A DNA stretch of 64,000 nt from an uncultured Syntrophorhabdus sp. (GTDB taxonomy: Bacteria; Desulfobacterota; Syntrophorhabdia; Syntrophorhabdales; Syntrophorhabdaceae): contig CAYXSH010000004.1 in the NCBI GenBank assembly GCA_964466585.1, forward strand, positions 14,463 to 78,462, in the 5' to 3' direction. The notes under the pieces are model-generated. The model did not search any database. It was not told the origin of the DNA and saw only the letters and a program-made list of their open reading frames with translations. Both the position numbers and the translations under genes were made by a program. Of this stretch, positions 45,884 to 55,706 are shown piece by piece (the first letter of the stretch is position 1; each line of letters starts with the position of its first letter).

Positions 45884-46648
45884 ATGCCCTTACCCGTCAT
45901 TGTCCTGATGAACCTGGTAATGTACCCCGTCATTGTCCTGATGACGGTCCTGGGGATCGTCCTGTTCCCTCTTTGTTTCGCGGCGGGGAAACTGGCCACA
46001 CACTGGGACAACGGCAGGGTCATGCGTTTCCTCGTATGGGTCTACGGCAGGGCCTGGATGGTGGTCATGGCCCCCTTTGTGAGGTTCAAAAGGGACGGCC
46101 TTGAAAAGGGAAGCGTCGGTCTGCCCTGTATCATTGTTGTCAACCATTTCTCTTTTTTCGACACCTACTGCATGGCATTGCTCCCCGTCAGCGACGTCAC
46201 CTTCGCGGTTCGCTCATGGCCTTTCAAGGTGCTGTTCTGGTACAGGCCTTTCATGCGCCTCGCGGGTTACATCGACGTGGAGGCCATGGGATGGGAAGGG
46301 ACGCTGGGAGAATGCAACAGGCTCTTCTCCGGAAAAGGTGCCGTGCTTTTCTTCCCCGAAGGCCACCGCAGCGCAGACGGACAGGTCAAGCGCTTTTACA
46401 CTGGGCCCTTCAAACTGGCTGTCGAAACGGGCATCCCCGTACTGCCTCTCTGCATCACAGGCACGGACGCCCTGCTGCCCCCGGGGCGCTGGTGGATGAA
46501 GCCCGCCACCGTCCGCCTCAGCGCCCTCGACCCCGTATTCCCCGGCGACTTCGCCATGGACGGGGACACGGCGCATATCAGCATGCGCAAGCATGTAAGG
46601 GGCATGATAATAAAACATCTAGACGAAATGAGGGAGGTCCGGGCATAG
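45884..46648 (+). CDS. 1-acyl-sn-glycerol-3-phosphate (lysophospholipid) acyltransferase family protein
   Basis: HX4D motif NHFSFFD and FPEGHRS block, with an N-terminal hydrophobic anchor. Confidence 0.8.
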   Translation: MPLPVIVLMNLVMYPVIVLMTVLGIVLFPLCFAAGKLATHWDNGRVMRFLVWVYGRAWMVVMAPFVRFKRDGLEKGSVGLPCIIVVNHFSFFDTYCMALLPVSDVTFAVRSWPFKVLFWYRPFMRLAGYIDVEAMGWEGTLGECNRLFSGKGAVLFFPEGHRSADGQVKRFYTGPFKLAVETGIPVLPLCITGTDALLPPGRWWMKPATVRLSALDPVFPGDFAMDGDTAHISMRKHVRGMIIKHLDEMREVRA

Positions 46649-46673
46649 CGAAAAGCGCCGCGGCCCGGTATTC

Positions 46674-47117
46674 ATGGGCAATAAACTGACAAAAGAAGAC
46701 CTCGTGCTCCCCGTGCCGGTCGAGATACTTCTGCCCCACCGCCGGCCCATGTGCCTTGTCGACCGCCTTGTCGAGTTCAGCGACAACTCCGGTGTCGTGG
46801 AGGCTGCGGTCGAGCACGGCGGCCTCCTGGTCGGCGAGGACGGGGTGCTTGACAGGGTCACATTCATAGAGCTGATAGCGCAGTCCTACGCGGCAGTGAG
46901 GGGCTACTCCGACCTGCTTGGCGGGAAAGACATAAAAAAGGGCTTCCTCGTCGCCGCAAAACTGATAGAGATAAAAGGGGAGGCCGCGGCGGGGGACCTG
47001 CTCAGGATCAAGGTGGCGACCACGGCGGAGGTGGGCGATTTCAACATCGCTGACGGGACCGTAATGAAGGGCGGCGAGGTCCTCGCCGCGGGGAACATAA
47101 CGGTATGGATCTCGTAG
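46674..47117 (+). CDS. Hot-dog fold 3-hydroxyacyl-ACP dehydratase-like protein
   Basis: ILLPHRRPMCLVDRLVEF N-terminal pattern typical of FabZ/ApeP-like dehydratases. Confidence 0.7.
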   Translation: MGNKLTKEDLVLPVPVEILLPHRRPMCLVDRLVEFSDNSGVVEAAVEHGGLLVGEDGVLDRVTFIELIAQSYAAVRGYSDLLGGKDIKKGFLVAAKLIEIKGEAAAGDLLRIKVATTAEVGDFNIADGTVMKGGEVLAAGNITVWIS

Positions 47118-47131
47118 GAACAACAAATACG

Positions 47132-47289
47132 CACACGGGTGAACGGGTATACGAGTGGACGGGGAAAAGCAAAAAAAATCCTTTACCCGTAAGCCCGTAA
47201 GCCCGTAAGCCCGTTCACCCGTATGCCCGTATGCCCGTATGCCCGTAAGCCCGTTCACCCGTAAGCCCGTTCACCCGTAAGCCCGTACA
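47132..47289. repeat. 8-bp-period tandem array CCCGTNNN (13 units), preceded by 4 inverted units and an A-rich spacer
   Basis: 47186-47289 reads cccgtaag x3, cccgttca, cccgtatg x3, cccgtaag, cccgttca, cccgtaag, cccgttca, cccgtaag, cccgtaca. 47132-47163 is the reverse-complement type (cacacggg tgaacggg tatacgag tggacggg). Confidence 0.85.
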
Positions 47290-47304
47290 ATGGGAAAGGT
47301 ATAA

Positions 47305-47958
47305 ATGAAAAAGATCATCGTTATTTCGGTGCTGCTGTCCGCGCTGATATTTTCCTACACAATGTTCGCCCAGGAGCCGCCCGGCGAGGCAAGGCCCGGC
47401 AAAGGGCGCAAGGCCCTGGTATTTGAGCGGATATCGAAGACGGTCCTGGGCATCAGGACCATCTCCGGCTCCTTCCGGCAGGAAAGGCGCCTTTCCATGC
47501 TCAAGGAGCCTGTTGTCTCGACGGGCCGTTTCTACTGCGAAAAACCTGACAAGCTGCGCTGGGAGGTCACGAACCCCGATCCTTCGGGATTCCTGGTCAA
47601 CGGCGCCGCGGCGAAACAGTGGAAAGGCAATGAAGGCGCTTCCGACACCTTCGACGCCAGGGAGAACCCGGTTATCAGGCTCATAGTTGACCAGATCTTT
47701 GCCTGGACCACGGCAGACCTCAAGTGGATCGAGCAGCGCTACGATGTCTCCGTCCTCAGGGACAGTCCCATAGCTCTCAGGCTCGTGCCGCGCGACGAGA
47801 ATGAAAGGCGCTATGTAGACCAAATCCGCATCATCTTCGAGGCGGGAACGAACTATGTCCGGTCAGTGGACATCGCGGAAAAAAGCGGCGATTCCACAAG
47901 GATCACCTTTTCCGGCATGGTCATGAACAGTCAATTGCAAAAAGGCCTTTTCGACTGA
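47305..47958 (+). CDS. LolA-like outer-membrane lipoprotein carrier family protein
   Basis: Signal peptide, then ISGSFRQERRLSMLKEPVVSTGRFYCEKPDKLRWEV, a LolA-fold pattern as found in aryl-polyene-type clusters. Confidence 0.7.
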   Translation: MKKIIVISVLLSALIFSYTMFAQEPPGEARPGKGRKALVFERISKTVLGIRTISGSFRQERRLSMLKEPVVSTGRFYCEKPDKLRWEVTNPDPSGFLVNGAAAKQWKGNEGASDTFDARENPVIRLIVDQIFAWTTADLKWIEQRYDVSVLRDSPIALRLVPRDENERRYVDQIRIIFEAGTNYVRSVDIAEKSGDSTRITFSGMVMNSQLQKGLFD

Positions 47959-47960
47959 TC

Positions 47961-50339
47961 ATGAGGAATTTTTTCTCTGTTTTTTCCTTCATCTACGATC
48001 ACCTCGCACGGCGAAGGCCCTGGCTCTACCTGGCCGCCTTTGCCGTCATCATCATTGCAGCCTTCATCTTAAGGAACATCAGGATGAACGAGGACATAAG
48101 ACCGCTCCTTCCCGACGACCGCAGCGAGGCCGCGAAAGATTTCGCGCTGCTCCAGAAGGCACCCTTTTCAGACAAGGTCCTGGTCAGCCTGAAGGGGGGT
48201 CCCGGGACGGGTAAGAAAGAGCTCACCGACGCGGCGGACATGCTGAGCCGTGCCATGAAACCGCCGTATTTCACCAGGGCCGTGACCGGGCCGGCCATGG
48301 CATTCGATGAAAGGTTCCCGCGGTGGATAACGAACGCCCTTCCCAATACATTCACTGCAGGAGACATGGAAAAGGCCGAAAAAGCGCTTACGACCGGGGA
48401 GGTCCGCTCCCGCCTGCAGAATGTCTATAAACAGCTGACCTCGCCGGAGGGATGGTTCATGAAACCTCTTCTGCAGACAGATCCGCTCGATCTTCGAAGC
48501 GGTGTCCTGGAAAAGCTCCGCCACGTGAACGTAATTCCCGGGATAGCCCTTTACAACAACCACTTCATAAGCGCCGACGGCGCCAATGCGCTGGTCATCG
48601 CGAAGACCCCTGTCAGGATAACCGATTCAAAGGGTTCCGACGAGCTGGCGGCACATCTCAAGGACCTCATAAAAAAGGTGGTCCCGCCAAAGATCGAGGC
48701 ATCGTTCGTAAGCGGCCACGCCTACACCGCCGCCAACGCCGGGACGATCAAGAAAGACCTTTACATCATCCTCACCTGCGCGTCCGTGACGATCTTCCTC
48801 CTGATCATGATCTTCTTAAGGAGCTGGAAGGGCATACTTGTCTTTCTCGTCCCCTCCTGCGTGCTTTGCCTGGCAACGGCCGGGACACTCTTGATCTATG
48901 ACAGCGTATCGGCCGTGACAATGGCCTTCGGCGCGGTGCTCCTGGGTATATCCGATGATTACCCCATACTCGTGTACTTCGCCCTGTGCAGCAAGGAGCG
49001 TGATCCTGCCGCTGTGACGCGGGAGGTTGCCCACCCCGTGATGTTCGGGGGGCTCACCACCATCGCCACATTCTGCGTCATGCTTCTTTCCACTCTGCCG
49101 GGGCAGCGTCAGCTCGCCGTCTTCTCCATGATCGGCGTCGCCGTGTCCCTTGTTTTTTCACTGATAGTGCTTCCCCACCTCATCCATTCGCTGCCGGGCA
49201 GAAAACGCTACATCGGCACAGGCTCCTCACGCACGCTGAACCTGCCCCGGAAGACGGTGACCGTGTGCTGGCTCATGGTCGTGGCCCTTTGCCTGTGGCA
49301 GTCGGGCCGTCTTAATTTCAACGGTGACCTCAAGGCAATGAACTTCGTGCCCGATGAACTGCAAAGGACCGAACAGCATATGTCGGGAACGTGGGGGAAC
49401 TTCAGGGACGGGGCGGTCCTTTTCGCGGAGGGCAAAGACATGGAGGCATCCCTCGCGGTCAACGATTCACTCTTTGCCTACCTGTCGAGCAGGCTCCCTC
49501 CGGGGCAGATAATCAGCCTGTCCCCCGTATTGCCCTCGGCGGCATCCCAACGGGCGAACGCGGAGCGCTGGGAAAGGTTCTGGTCGGGGGGCAACGACAG
49601 GCTGGCGCGAAGGCTTCTTTCAGAAGAAGGGGGGAAGCTCGGTTTTTCCGCGAATGCCTTCACGCCGTTCTTCGACATGATCGAAAAAAGGCCCGGGCCT
49701 GTTACGCTCGCGGAGATGAACGGGGCCGGCCTCTCGGACCTTACGGGTTCGTTGATCGTGAAAGGCAATGAAGGCGTCAAAACGCTGACCATCGTCCCCG
49801 ATACGCAGGCGGTGGTCGATCTCTTCAACAACGACCCGAAGAGGCCGCAGGGTGTCCGGCTCGTGTCCCAGGGCCGTTTCAAGGACATCATCAGCAAGGC
49901 GCTCGTCGGCAACTTCATACGCTATATAATCTTCGCCCTGCTGGTCATTATCGTGTCGGTGGGCCTCCTTTTCCGCAACCTTCAGAAGGCGGTCCTCGCG
50001 CTTATACCCGTGGCAACGGGGCTCGTATTCATGCTCGGCGCCATGGGGGCCCTCGGTGTGGAATTCAACCTGTTCAACATCGTCGCCACCATACTGGTCA
50101 TAGGGCTCGGCGTCGACCTTGGGATATTCATGGTCTGCAACATCACCGAAGGCTACGAGCACACCGCCAACCTGGGCATCCTCCTCGGCGGCCTGACAAG
50201 TTTTGTGGGCATAGGCGCGCTGGCCCTTGCGCATCACCCCGCCTTAAGTTCGATAGGGATAACGGTCCTCCTGGGCCTGTGCGGCGTGATCCCCTCGGCC
50301 CTGCTGGTGGTCCCGGCGCTATACGGCAAAAAGGCGTGA
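47961..50339 (+). CDS. MMPL/RND-superfamily predicted exporter
   Basis: 792 aa. Two blocks of multiple hydrophobic helices separated by large soluble loops. Lies next to the LolA-like gene. Confidence 0.8.
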   Translation: MRNFFSVFSFIYDHLARRRPWLYLAAFAVIIIAAFILRNIRMNEDIRPLLPDDRSEAAKDFALLQKAPFSDKVLVSLKGGPGTGKKELTDAADMLSRAMKPPYFTRAVTGPAMAFDERFPRWITNALPNTFTAGDMEKAEKALTTGEVRSRLQNVYKQLTSPEGWFMKPLLQTDPLDLRSGVLEKLRHVNVIPGIALYNNHFISADGANALVIAKTPVRITDSKGSDELAAHLKDLIKKVVPPKIEASFVSGHAYTAANAGTIKKDLYIILTCASVTIFLLIMIFLRSWKGILVFLVPSCVLCLATAGTLLIYDSVSAVTMAFGAVLLGISDDYPILVYFALCSKERDPAAVTREVAHPVMFGGLTTIATFCVMLLSTLPGQRQLAVFSMIGVAVSLVFSLIVLPHLIHSLPGRKRYIGTGSSRTLNLPRKTVTVCWLMVVALCLWQSGRLNFNGDLKAMNFVPDELQRTEQHMSGTWGNFRDGAVLFAEGKDMEASLAVNDSLFAYLSSRLPPGQIISLSPVLPSAASQRANAERWERFWSGGNDRLARRLLSEEGGKLGFSANAFTPFFDMIEKRPGPVTLAEMNGAGLSDLTGSLIVKGNEGVKTLTIVPDTQAVVDLFNNDPKRPQGVRLVSQGRFKDIISKALVGNFIRYIIFALLVIIVSVGLLFRNLQKAVLALIPVATGLVFMLGAMGALGVEFNLFNIVATILVIGLGVDLGIFMVCNITEGYEHTANLGILLGGLTSFVGIGALALAHHPALSSIGITVLLGLCGVIPSALLVVPALYGKKA

Positions 50340-50352
50340 CCAGGGAACGGCA

Positions 50353-50787
50353 ATGAACAGGCTCAGGGAAGAGATAAAAAAATGCGCCGTCGGGCCCGTC
50401 GAGAAGGCGGAGCCGGCGAAGGCCTCCGGGCGTTACCTTTTCCCTGCCGATTTTATCGGTTTTTCCGGCCATTTCCCCGGCCACCCCATCCTGCCCGCCT
50501 TTATACAGGTGATGACGGCGCTGGCGGTCGCGGATGAATGGAAGGGCCGCCCGCACTGCCTGTCATCGATGGAGAGGGCAAAATTTCGCATGGAGATACA
50601 TCCGGACCAGGAGGTTTCGGTCCAGTTGAAACAGCCCGGGCCGGGGGACACCGGCGGCTTCGAGGTCAGGATCATAACAGCGGAAGGGCTTGCGACATCT
50701 TTATTTTCTAAAAACCGTCTGAAAGGGATCGAAAAAATATGCAAAGACCATATTTCAGCAGGAAGGCGACGGACCCTGAACCCTTAA
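50353..50787 (+). CDS. Hot-dog fold dehydratase-like protein (FabZ/ApeI-like)
   Basis: FSGHFPGHPILPAFIQVMTAL matches the GHFPxxPxxPG dehydratase motif. Confidence 0.6.
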   Translation: MNRLREEIKKCAVGPVEKAEPAKASGRYLFPADFIGFSGHFPGHPILPAFIQVMTALAVADEWKGRPHCLSSMERAKFRMEIHPDQEVSVQLKQPGPGDTGGFEVRIITAEGLATSLFSKNRLKGIEKICKDHISAGRRRTLNP

Positions 50788-51200
50788 GGGCAAAGGTTTC
50801 GAGGCGGGTGAGGTTCGAAGAGACGGACCCCCTGGGGATCGTCTGGCACGGACGCTACCCGGGCTATTTCGAGGACGCAAGGGTGGCACTCGGCGAAAGG
50901 TGCGGCATAGGGTACCTTGACTTCTATAATAACGGCGTATCCGCGCCCATCAAGAAGATGCACCTCGATTATTACCGCCCGCTGAGACTCATGGAGAACT
51001 TCACCATAGAGGCCATTTTGCACTGGTCCGACGCAATGAGGGTCAATTACGAGTTCATCATAAAGGACAGCGAGGACATTGTGGCGACCACGGGTTATAC
51101 CGTCCAGGTGCTCCTGAACAGGAACAATGACCTCCTGCTGGTCCCGCCGCCCTTTTTCAGGGAGTTTCGAGAAAAATGGAGATCAGGGGAACTGAAATAA
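50739..51200 (+). CDS. Acyl-CoA/acyl-ACP thioesterase (4HBT/YbgC family)
   Basis: VRFEETDPLGIVWHGRYPGYFEDARV, typical of 4HBT hot-dog thioesterases. The start is uncertain (49-nt overlap with the upstream ORF). Confidence 0.75.
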   Translation: MQRPYFSRKATDPEPLRAKVSRRVRFEETDPLGIVWHGRYPGYFEDARVALGERCGIGYLDFYNNGVSAPIKKMHLDYYRPLRLMENFTIEAILHWSDAMRVNYEFIIKDSEDIVATTGYTVQVLLNRNNDLLLVPPPFFREFREKWRSGELK

Positions 51201-52330
51201 AAAAGGTCTGGATAGTAGACGCCAACGCGGTCACCGCGCTCGGGCAAAACCTCGGGGACACCTGGGAACGCCTGGCGAAAGGGGCAAGCGGCATCAGCGA
51301 GATCGACCGCTTTTCAACGCAGGATTACTATTCCCGCCTGGCGGCCTGCGTCGAAGGCCTCAAGGCCCCGGGTGACAGGTCCCTAGTCCATTCGCTGATC
51401 GAGATACTCTTCAACGGGACCGGCCCGGTGCCGTCCGACGCGGTTCTTGTCACGGCAACGACAAAGATGGGGATCGACAACCTGGAGAAGCTCCGCCGGA
51501 AAGAGGCTGCCAGCGCCGGGGACGTGCTCCTTTCCTCCCTGCCGGAGACGGTCTCGCGGAAACTGGGCCTCACGGGCGAAGGGACCAACGTGAGCTCCTC
51601 CTGCGCTTCGTCGACCATTGCCATCATCCAGGGGGCCGGCCTTATTGCCTCCGGCATGGCCGACGCGGTGCTTGTCTGCTGCGCCGACGTGGTCACGGAA
51701 TTCACATTCTCGGGCTTCTGTGCCCTGAAGGTCGTCTCTGCAAGCCCCGCCCGTCCTTTTGACAGGTCAAGGAACGGGCTTTCCCTGGGTGACGGGGCGG
51801 CCGCGCTGCTGATGATGAGCGAAGAGCGCGCCCTGAGGGAAGCACGGCCCTGTGTTGCCGTCGTACGCGGCTGGGGCGCATCCAACGACGCGTTTCACAT
51901 TACCTCCCCCGCCGAGGACGGCGAGGGCCTGGTCCTTGCGATAAGGCAGGCGCTTGCCCGTGCAGGCCTCGGGCAGGAAGATATCTGCGCCGTAAGCGCC
52001 CACGGCACGGGGACCATATACAACGATCTCATGGAGCTCAAGGCCTTAAGGCGCGTGTTCGGCGGACGGGACATCCCCGTATATTCCGTTAAGGGAAGCA
52101 TAGGGCACACGACGGGGGCAGCCGGGGGCATCGAGGTGGCCCTGGCGTCAAAGGCCCTTTCCGCCCGCGCCGTCCCCCCCACGGCAGGGTTCAAAGACCC
52201 TGAAGAAGGCGCCGAAGGCCTTGTGAGCGCGCATCCGGTCCCTATCGCAGGCGACATATGCCTTACCTCCAATTCCGGTTTCGGAGGGATCAACGCGGCC
52301 GTTGTCCTGGAAAGGGGTGATAGCGCATGA
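51176..52330 (+). CDS. Beta-ketoacyl synthase (KS of a KS/CLF-like pair)
   Basis: SSSCASSTIAI, SAHGTGTIYND and KGSIGHTTGAAG (Cys-His-His triad). Confidence 0.85.
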   Translation: MEIRGTEIKKVWIVDANAVTALGQNLGDTWERLAKGASGISEIDRFSTQDYYSRLAACVEGLKAPGDRSLVHSLIEILFNGTGPVPSDAVLVTATTKMGIDNLEKLRRKEAASAGDVLLSSLPETVSRKLGLTGEGTNVSSSCASSTIAIIQGAGLIASGMADAVLVCCADVVTEFTFSGFCALKVVSASPARPFDRSRNGLSLGDGAAALLMMSEERALREARPCVAVVRGWGASNDAFHITSPAEDGEGLVLAIRQALARAGLGQEDICAVSAHGTGTIYNDLMELKALRRVFGGRDIPVYSVKGSIGHTTGAAGGIEVALASKALSARAVPPTAGFKDPEEGAEGLVSAHPVPIAGDICLTSNSGFGGINAAVVLERGDSA

Positions 52331-53040
52331 TCGCTTCCGTGACAGGCATCGGCTGGGTAAACAGTGAAAGTATGGGGCAGGGCCGGGACCATCAAAAGCT
52401 CCAATCAAAGGACGGGGCGCTGCCGAAGCTCACCAGCAGGATGGTCTTCGGCAAGGTCTCTCCACATTTCGGCAGGCTCGACGAATATTCGAAGCTCGGC
52501 CTTGCCGCCGCCGCCTTTGCCCTGAAGGACGCCATGCAGGACAAATGGGTAAACAAGCGCCCCATCGGCATCATCGTCTCCACGGTCCATGGCTGTCTCG
52601 CCACGGACATGGATTATTTTGAGACGGTGATGACATTCGGGGGCAATCTCGCGAGCCCCAACCTCTTTGCCTGCACGCTCCCCAACATATTCCTCGGCGA
52701 GGCGGCGATACGCTTCGGGCTCACGGGGCCGGGCTTCGCCATAAACGAAACCAGGCTGACGGGGCTCGGCGGGCTCGGCATGGCCCTTGGCAGCATGCTG
52801 ATAGACGACAGCCGCACGATGCTCGTAGGCATCGCCGACCCGGGGCGCCCCGATGCGTTCCCTCATCACACGGACGTCACGCCGGGTGCGCTGTTCCTGT
52901 TCATCGAAAAAGCTCCCGCCGACGGTTCCCTGTCATACGGCGGCCTCGACATGACGGCCCCCGGCGATATCACCTTCGACGGGGCCCGGGTCCGCGGCCT
53001 TGAAGATATCTCCAGAAGGATCCTTGAAGGTCTGACATAA
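52327..53040 (+). CDS. KS-N-terminal-like protein lacking the catalytic Cys (chain-length-factor-like partner)
   Basis: ATGA overlap with the KS gene. 237 aa with a thiolase-like N-terminal pattern (KLGLAAAAFALKDA) but no Cys-His-His triad. Confidence 0.6.
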   Translation: MIASVTGIGWVNSESMGQGRDHQKLQSKDGALPKLTSRMVFGKVSPHFGRLDEYSKLGLAAAAFALKDAMQDKWVNKRPIGIIVSTVHGCLATDMDYFETVMTFGGNLASPNLFACTLPNIFLGEAAIRFGLTGPGFAINETRLTGLGGLGMALGSMLIDDSRTMLVGIADPGRPDAFPHHTDVTPGALFLFIEKAPADGSLSYGGLDMTAPGDITFDGARVRGLEDISRRILEGLT

Positions 53041-53061
53041 TAAAAAATAAGTCCAAGAAAG

Positions 53062-54336
53062 GTGCTGAAAAACATGAAAATGACATTGATCTACCCCAGA
53101 TGGCCCAAGCTTCAAAGACAGACTGAATTCCACCTCCCTCCGCACGGTCCAGTGGTCTTTGCCGCGACCGTTCCGGAAGAGGTCGATATAACATTCGTTG
53201 ACGAGAATGTTGAAGACTACCCCCTAACCGACTCTCCTGACATACTGGCCCTGTCGGTGATGCTCACAAGCCAGCTCCCGAGGGCATACGAGATATCGGA
53301 ACAATACCGCTCGCGGGGTATACCCGTCGTGATGGGAGGCATTGCTGCCACGCTCCACACCGAAGAAGCGGCCGGCCATGCCGATGCCCTGTTCATCGGA
53401 GAGGCCGAAGGGCGTTTCCCGCAGGTCATAGAGGACCTGAAAAATGGCCGCCTCAAACCCGTCTACGACCATTTCGACGACCGGCCCGACACAGGCCTCA
53501 TCGGCACGGCACGGCGCGACCTTCTTAAGAGGGAGCTTTACAACTACCGCGGCGTACAGATGGTGGACCTCATCCACGCATCCCGCGGCTGCAAGTTCAA
53601 CTGTTTCCCGTGCTGCGTCGGCTACCTCGGCGGCAGGCAGTTCAGGCCGCGCCCCATTGACAGGGTGATGGAAGAGATGGCGTCGATACCGAACAACCGC
53701 CTTTTCGTCGTCGACAATTCCCTCGCGCAGGAACGCCAATGGCTGATCGACCTCTTCACCGCCATGGCCCCCCTCAAGAAAAAGTTTGTCTGCCATCCCA
53801 TACTCGACGATGACGAGGTCCTGTCGCTTGCCGCCGATGCCGGGTGCTGGTATGTCTACCAGGCGATATATGACACCTCCGATACGATCCGCAGAAGGGT
53901 TGAGAGGCTCAAGGACCACGGGATAGGCGTGGAAGGCACCATATTGCTCGGCACCGACGACCACGACGAGGACTACATAAAACGCCTTGTCGATTTCATC
54001 CAGGAGATCGGGGTAAACATGGCGGAGTTCACCATACTGACGCCTTTCCTGCATTCACCCATCAGGCAGCGCCTCGAGAGGGAGGGCAGGATAATCGACA
54101 ACAACTGGCTGCATTACACCGCTGACAGGGTGGTCTTCCGGCCGAAACGCATGACGCCCGAAAAGCTCCAGGAGCTCTACTATTACGCGTGGGACACCTT
54201 CTACGGTGATAACGGCCTCCAGATCAAGATGGGAGAGCTCTTCATGAACGTGATCCGCAAAGAGATGAAAGACGGCACATACCGCGGGTACAATCCGAAA
54301 GAAAAACGTGCTTTCAAAAAAATGAGCGCGAACTGA
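53062..54336 (+). CDS. B12-binding-domain radical SAM protein (1 of 3)
   Basis: CX3CX2C motif ASRGCKFNCFPCC after an N-terminal Rossmann-like B12-binding region. Alternative ATG start at 53074. Confidence 0.85.
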   Translation: MLKNMKMTLIYPRWPKLQRQTEFHLPPHGPVVFAATVPEEVDITFVDENVEDYPLTDSPDILALSVMLTSQLPRAYEISEQYRSRGIPVVMGGIAATLHTEEAAGHADALFIGEAEGRFPQVIEDLKNGRLKPVYDHFDDRPDTGLIGTARRDLLKRELYNYRGVQMVDLIHASRGCKFNCFPCCVGYLGGRQFRPRPIDRVMEEMASIPNNRLFVVDNSLAQERQWLIDLFTAMAPLKKKFVCHPILDDDEVLSLAADAGCWYVYQAIYDTSDTIRRRVERLKDHGIGVEGTILLGTDDHDEDYIKRLVDFIQEIGVNMAEFTILTPFLHSPIRQRLEREGRIIDNNWLHYTADRVVFRPKRMTPEKLQELYYYAWDTFYGDNGLQIKMGELFMNVIRKEMKDGTYRGYNPKEKRAFKKMSAN

Positions 54337-55688
54337 TGAGCAGGGTCCTTATCATCTCCCCCAATACGGTCTCCGACCCCTATCCGGTCTACCCCATAGG
54401 CATGGCCATCGTCAGCGCCGCGCTGGAGGCGGGCGGTCACGAGGTCCGCCAGTACGACCTTCTCGTGGAAGGCCAGTCCGAAGACCGTCTGAAGGAGGCC
54501 ATATCAGGCTTCGGCCCAAATTACGTGGGCGTGTCGCTGCGCAACATAGATACCGTCGATTCATGCGACCCCGAGAACAGCTGGTTCCTCTCATCCAACC
54601 TGGATCTCATAAGAACGATCAGGAAGGCGACGGCCGCGCCGGTTATCATCGGGGGGCCGGCCTTTTCCATCATGCCCGACGAGATACTAGGCTACCTGGG
54701 CGCGGACTATGGCGTGGTCGGCGAAGGAGAGCACACCGTATGCGGCCTCATCGAAGGACTTGATGGGAAAAGACCGATGCCGCGCATTACCGGAAGCGTT
54801 GTGCGGAACGGGAACACCCGGACGGCGGCCGTATACAGCCCCTGCTGGGAAAGCAAAATGGTGGATTTCTACAGGCAGGAAAGCGGCATGATGAATATAC
54901 TGACAAAGCGCGGCTGCCCGTACGGGTGCGCCTACTGCACCTATCCCGCCATCGAAGGCCACACCATACGTCACAGGCCGCCCGATGATGTCGCAGATGA
55001 AATGGAAAGGCTGAAGACCGACTACGGAGTGGACACCTTTTATTTCACCGACTCCGTCTTTAACGACGAGGAAGGCGGCTACCTGAAGGTCGCCGAAACC
55101 ATTGTGCGCAGGAAGATGAACATCAGGTGGACGGCGTTCTTCCGTCCCGCCAGGATGAGCGGCGAGGAATGGTCACTGCTCAAACGCTCGGGGCTATACG
55201 CCATAGAACTGGGCAGCGACGCGTCGAACGATGCCGCACTGCAGGGACTGAACAAGCAGTTCGGCTTTGGCGACATATACGATTTCAACGAGGCCGCCAT
55301 GAAGTACCGCATGCCGTGCGCCCATTACATCATTTTCGGCGGCCCCGATGAGACGGACGCGTCCCTCGACGAGGGGCTGCGCAACCTGGAACGCCTCAGG
55401 AACTGCATGGTCCTCGCCTTCTCCGGCATCAGGGTCCTTCCATCCACCCCGCTGCTTTCAAGGGCGGTCAGGGAGGGCATTGTCGCCGAGGGGGCGTCTC
55501 TCCTGGAACCGGTCTATTATTTCTCCCCGGGCATGGATGCCGGAAAGATGAACGACACCATCGTGAACTCGTTCCATGGGCGCATGAACAGGATCTTCCC
55601 GCCTTTTGAAGGGCTCTCGCGCATGAGAAAATTGCATGAGGTCGGCTACCGCGGCCTCATGTGGGACCGGCTGGTGCGCTTTGGCTGA
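54336..55688 (+). CDS. B12-binding-domain radical SAM protein (2 of 3)
   Basis: TKRGCPYGCAYCTYP motif; N-terminal region VLIISPNTVSDPYPVYPIGMAIV. Its start overlaps the previous stop (TGATG). Confidence 0.85.
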   Translation: MSRVLIISPNTVSDPYPVYPIGMAIVSAALEAGGHEVRQYDLLVEGQSEDRLKEAISGFGPNYVGVSLRNIDTVDSCDPENSWFLSSNLDLIRTIRKATAAPVIIGGPAFSIMPDEILGYLGADYGVVGEGEHTVCGLIEGLDGKRPMPRITGSVVRNGNTRTAAVYSPCWESKMVDFYRQESGMMNILTKRGCPYGCAYCTYPAIEGHTIRHRPPDDVADEMERLKTDYGVDTFYFTDSVFNDEEGGYLKVAETIVRRKMNIRWTAFFRPARMSGEEWSLLKRSGLYAIELGSDASNDAALQGLNKQFGFGDIYDFNEAAMKYRMPCAHYIIFGGPDETDASLDEGLRNLERLRNCMVLAFSGIRVLPSTPLLSRAVREGIVAEGASLLEPVYYFSPGMDAGKMNDTIVNSFHGRMNRIFPPFEGLSRMRKLHEVGYRGLMWDRLVRFG

Positions 55689-55706
55689 GAGCGCGCTAAA
55701 AAGGAC

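Noticed and set aside
44830-46023. 397-aa minus-strand ORF
   Set aside because: Antisense to the KS, ACP and acyltransferase genes, all of which carry catalytic motifs.
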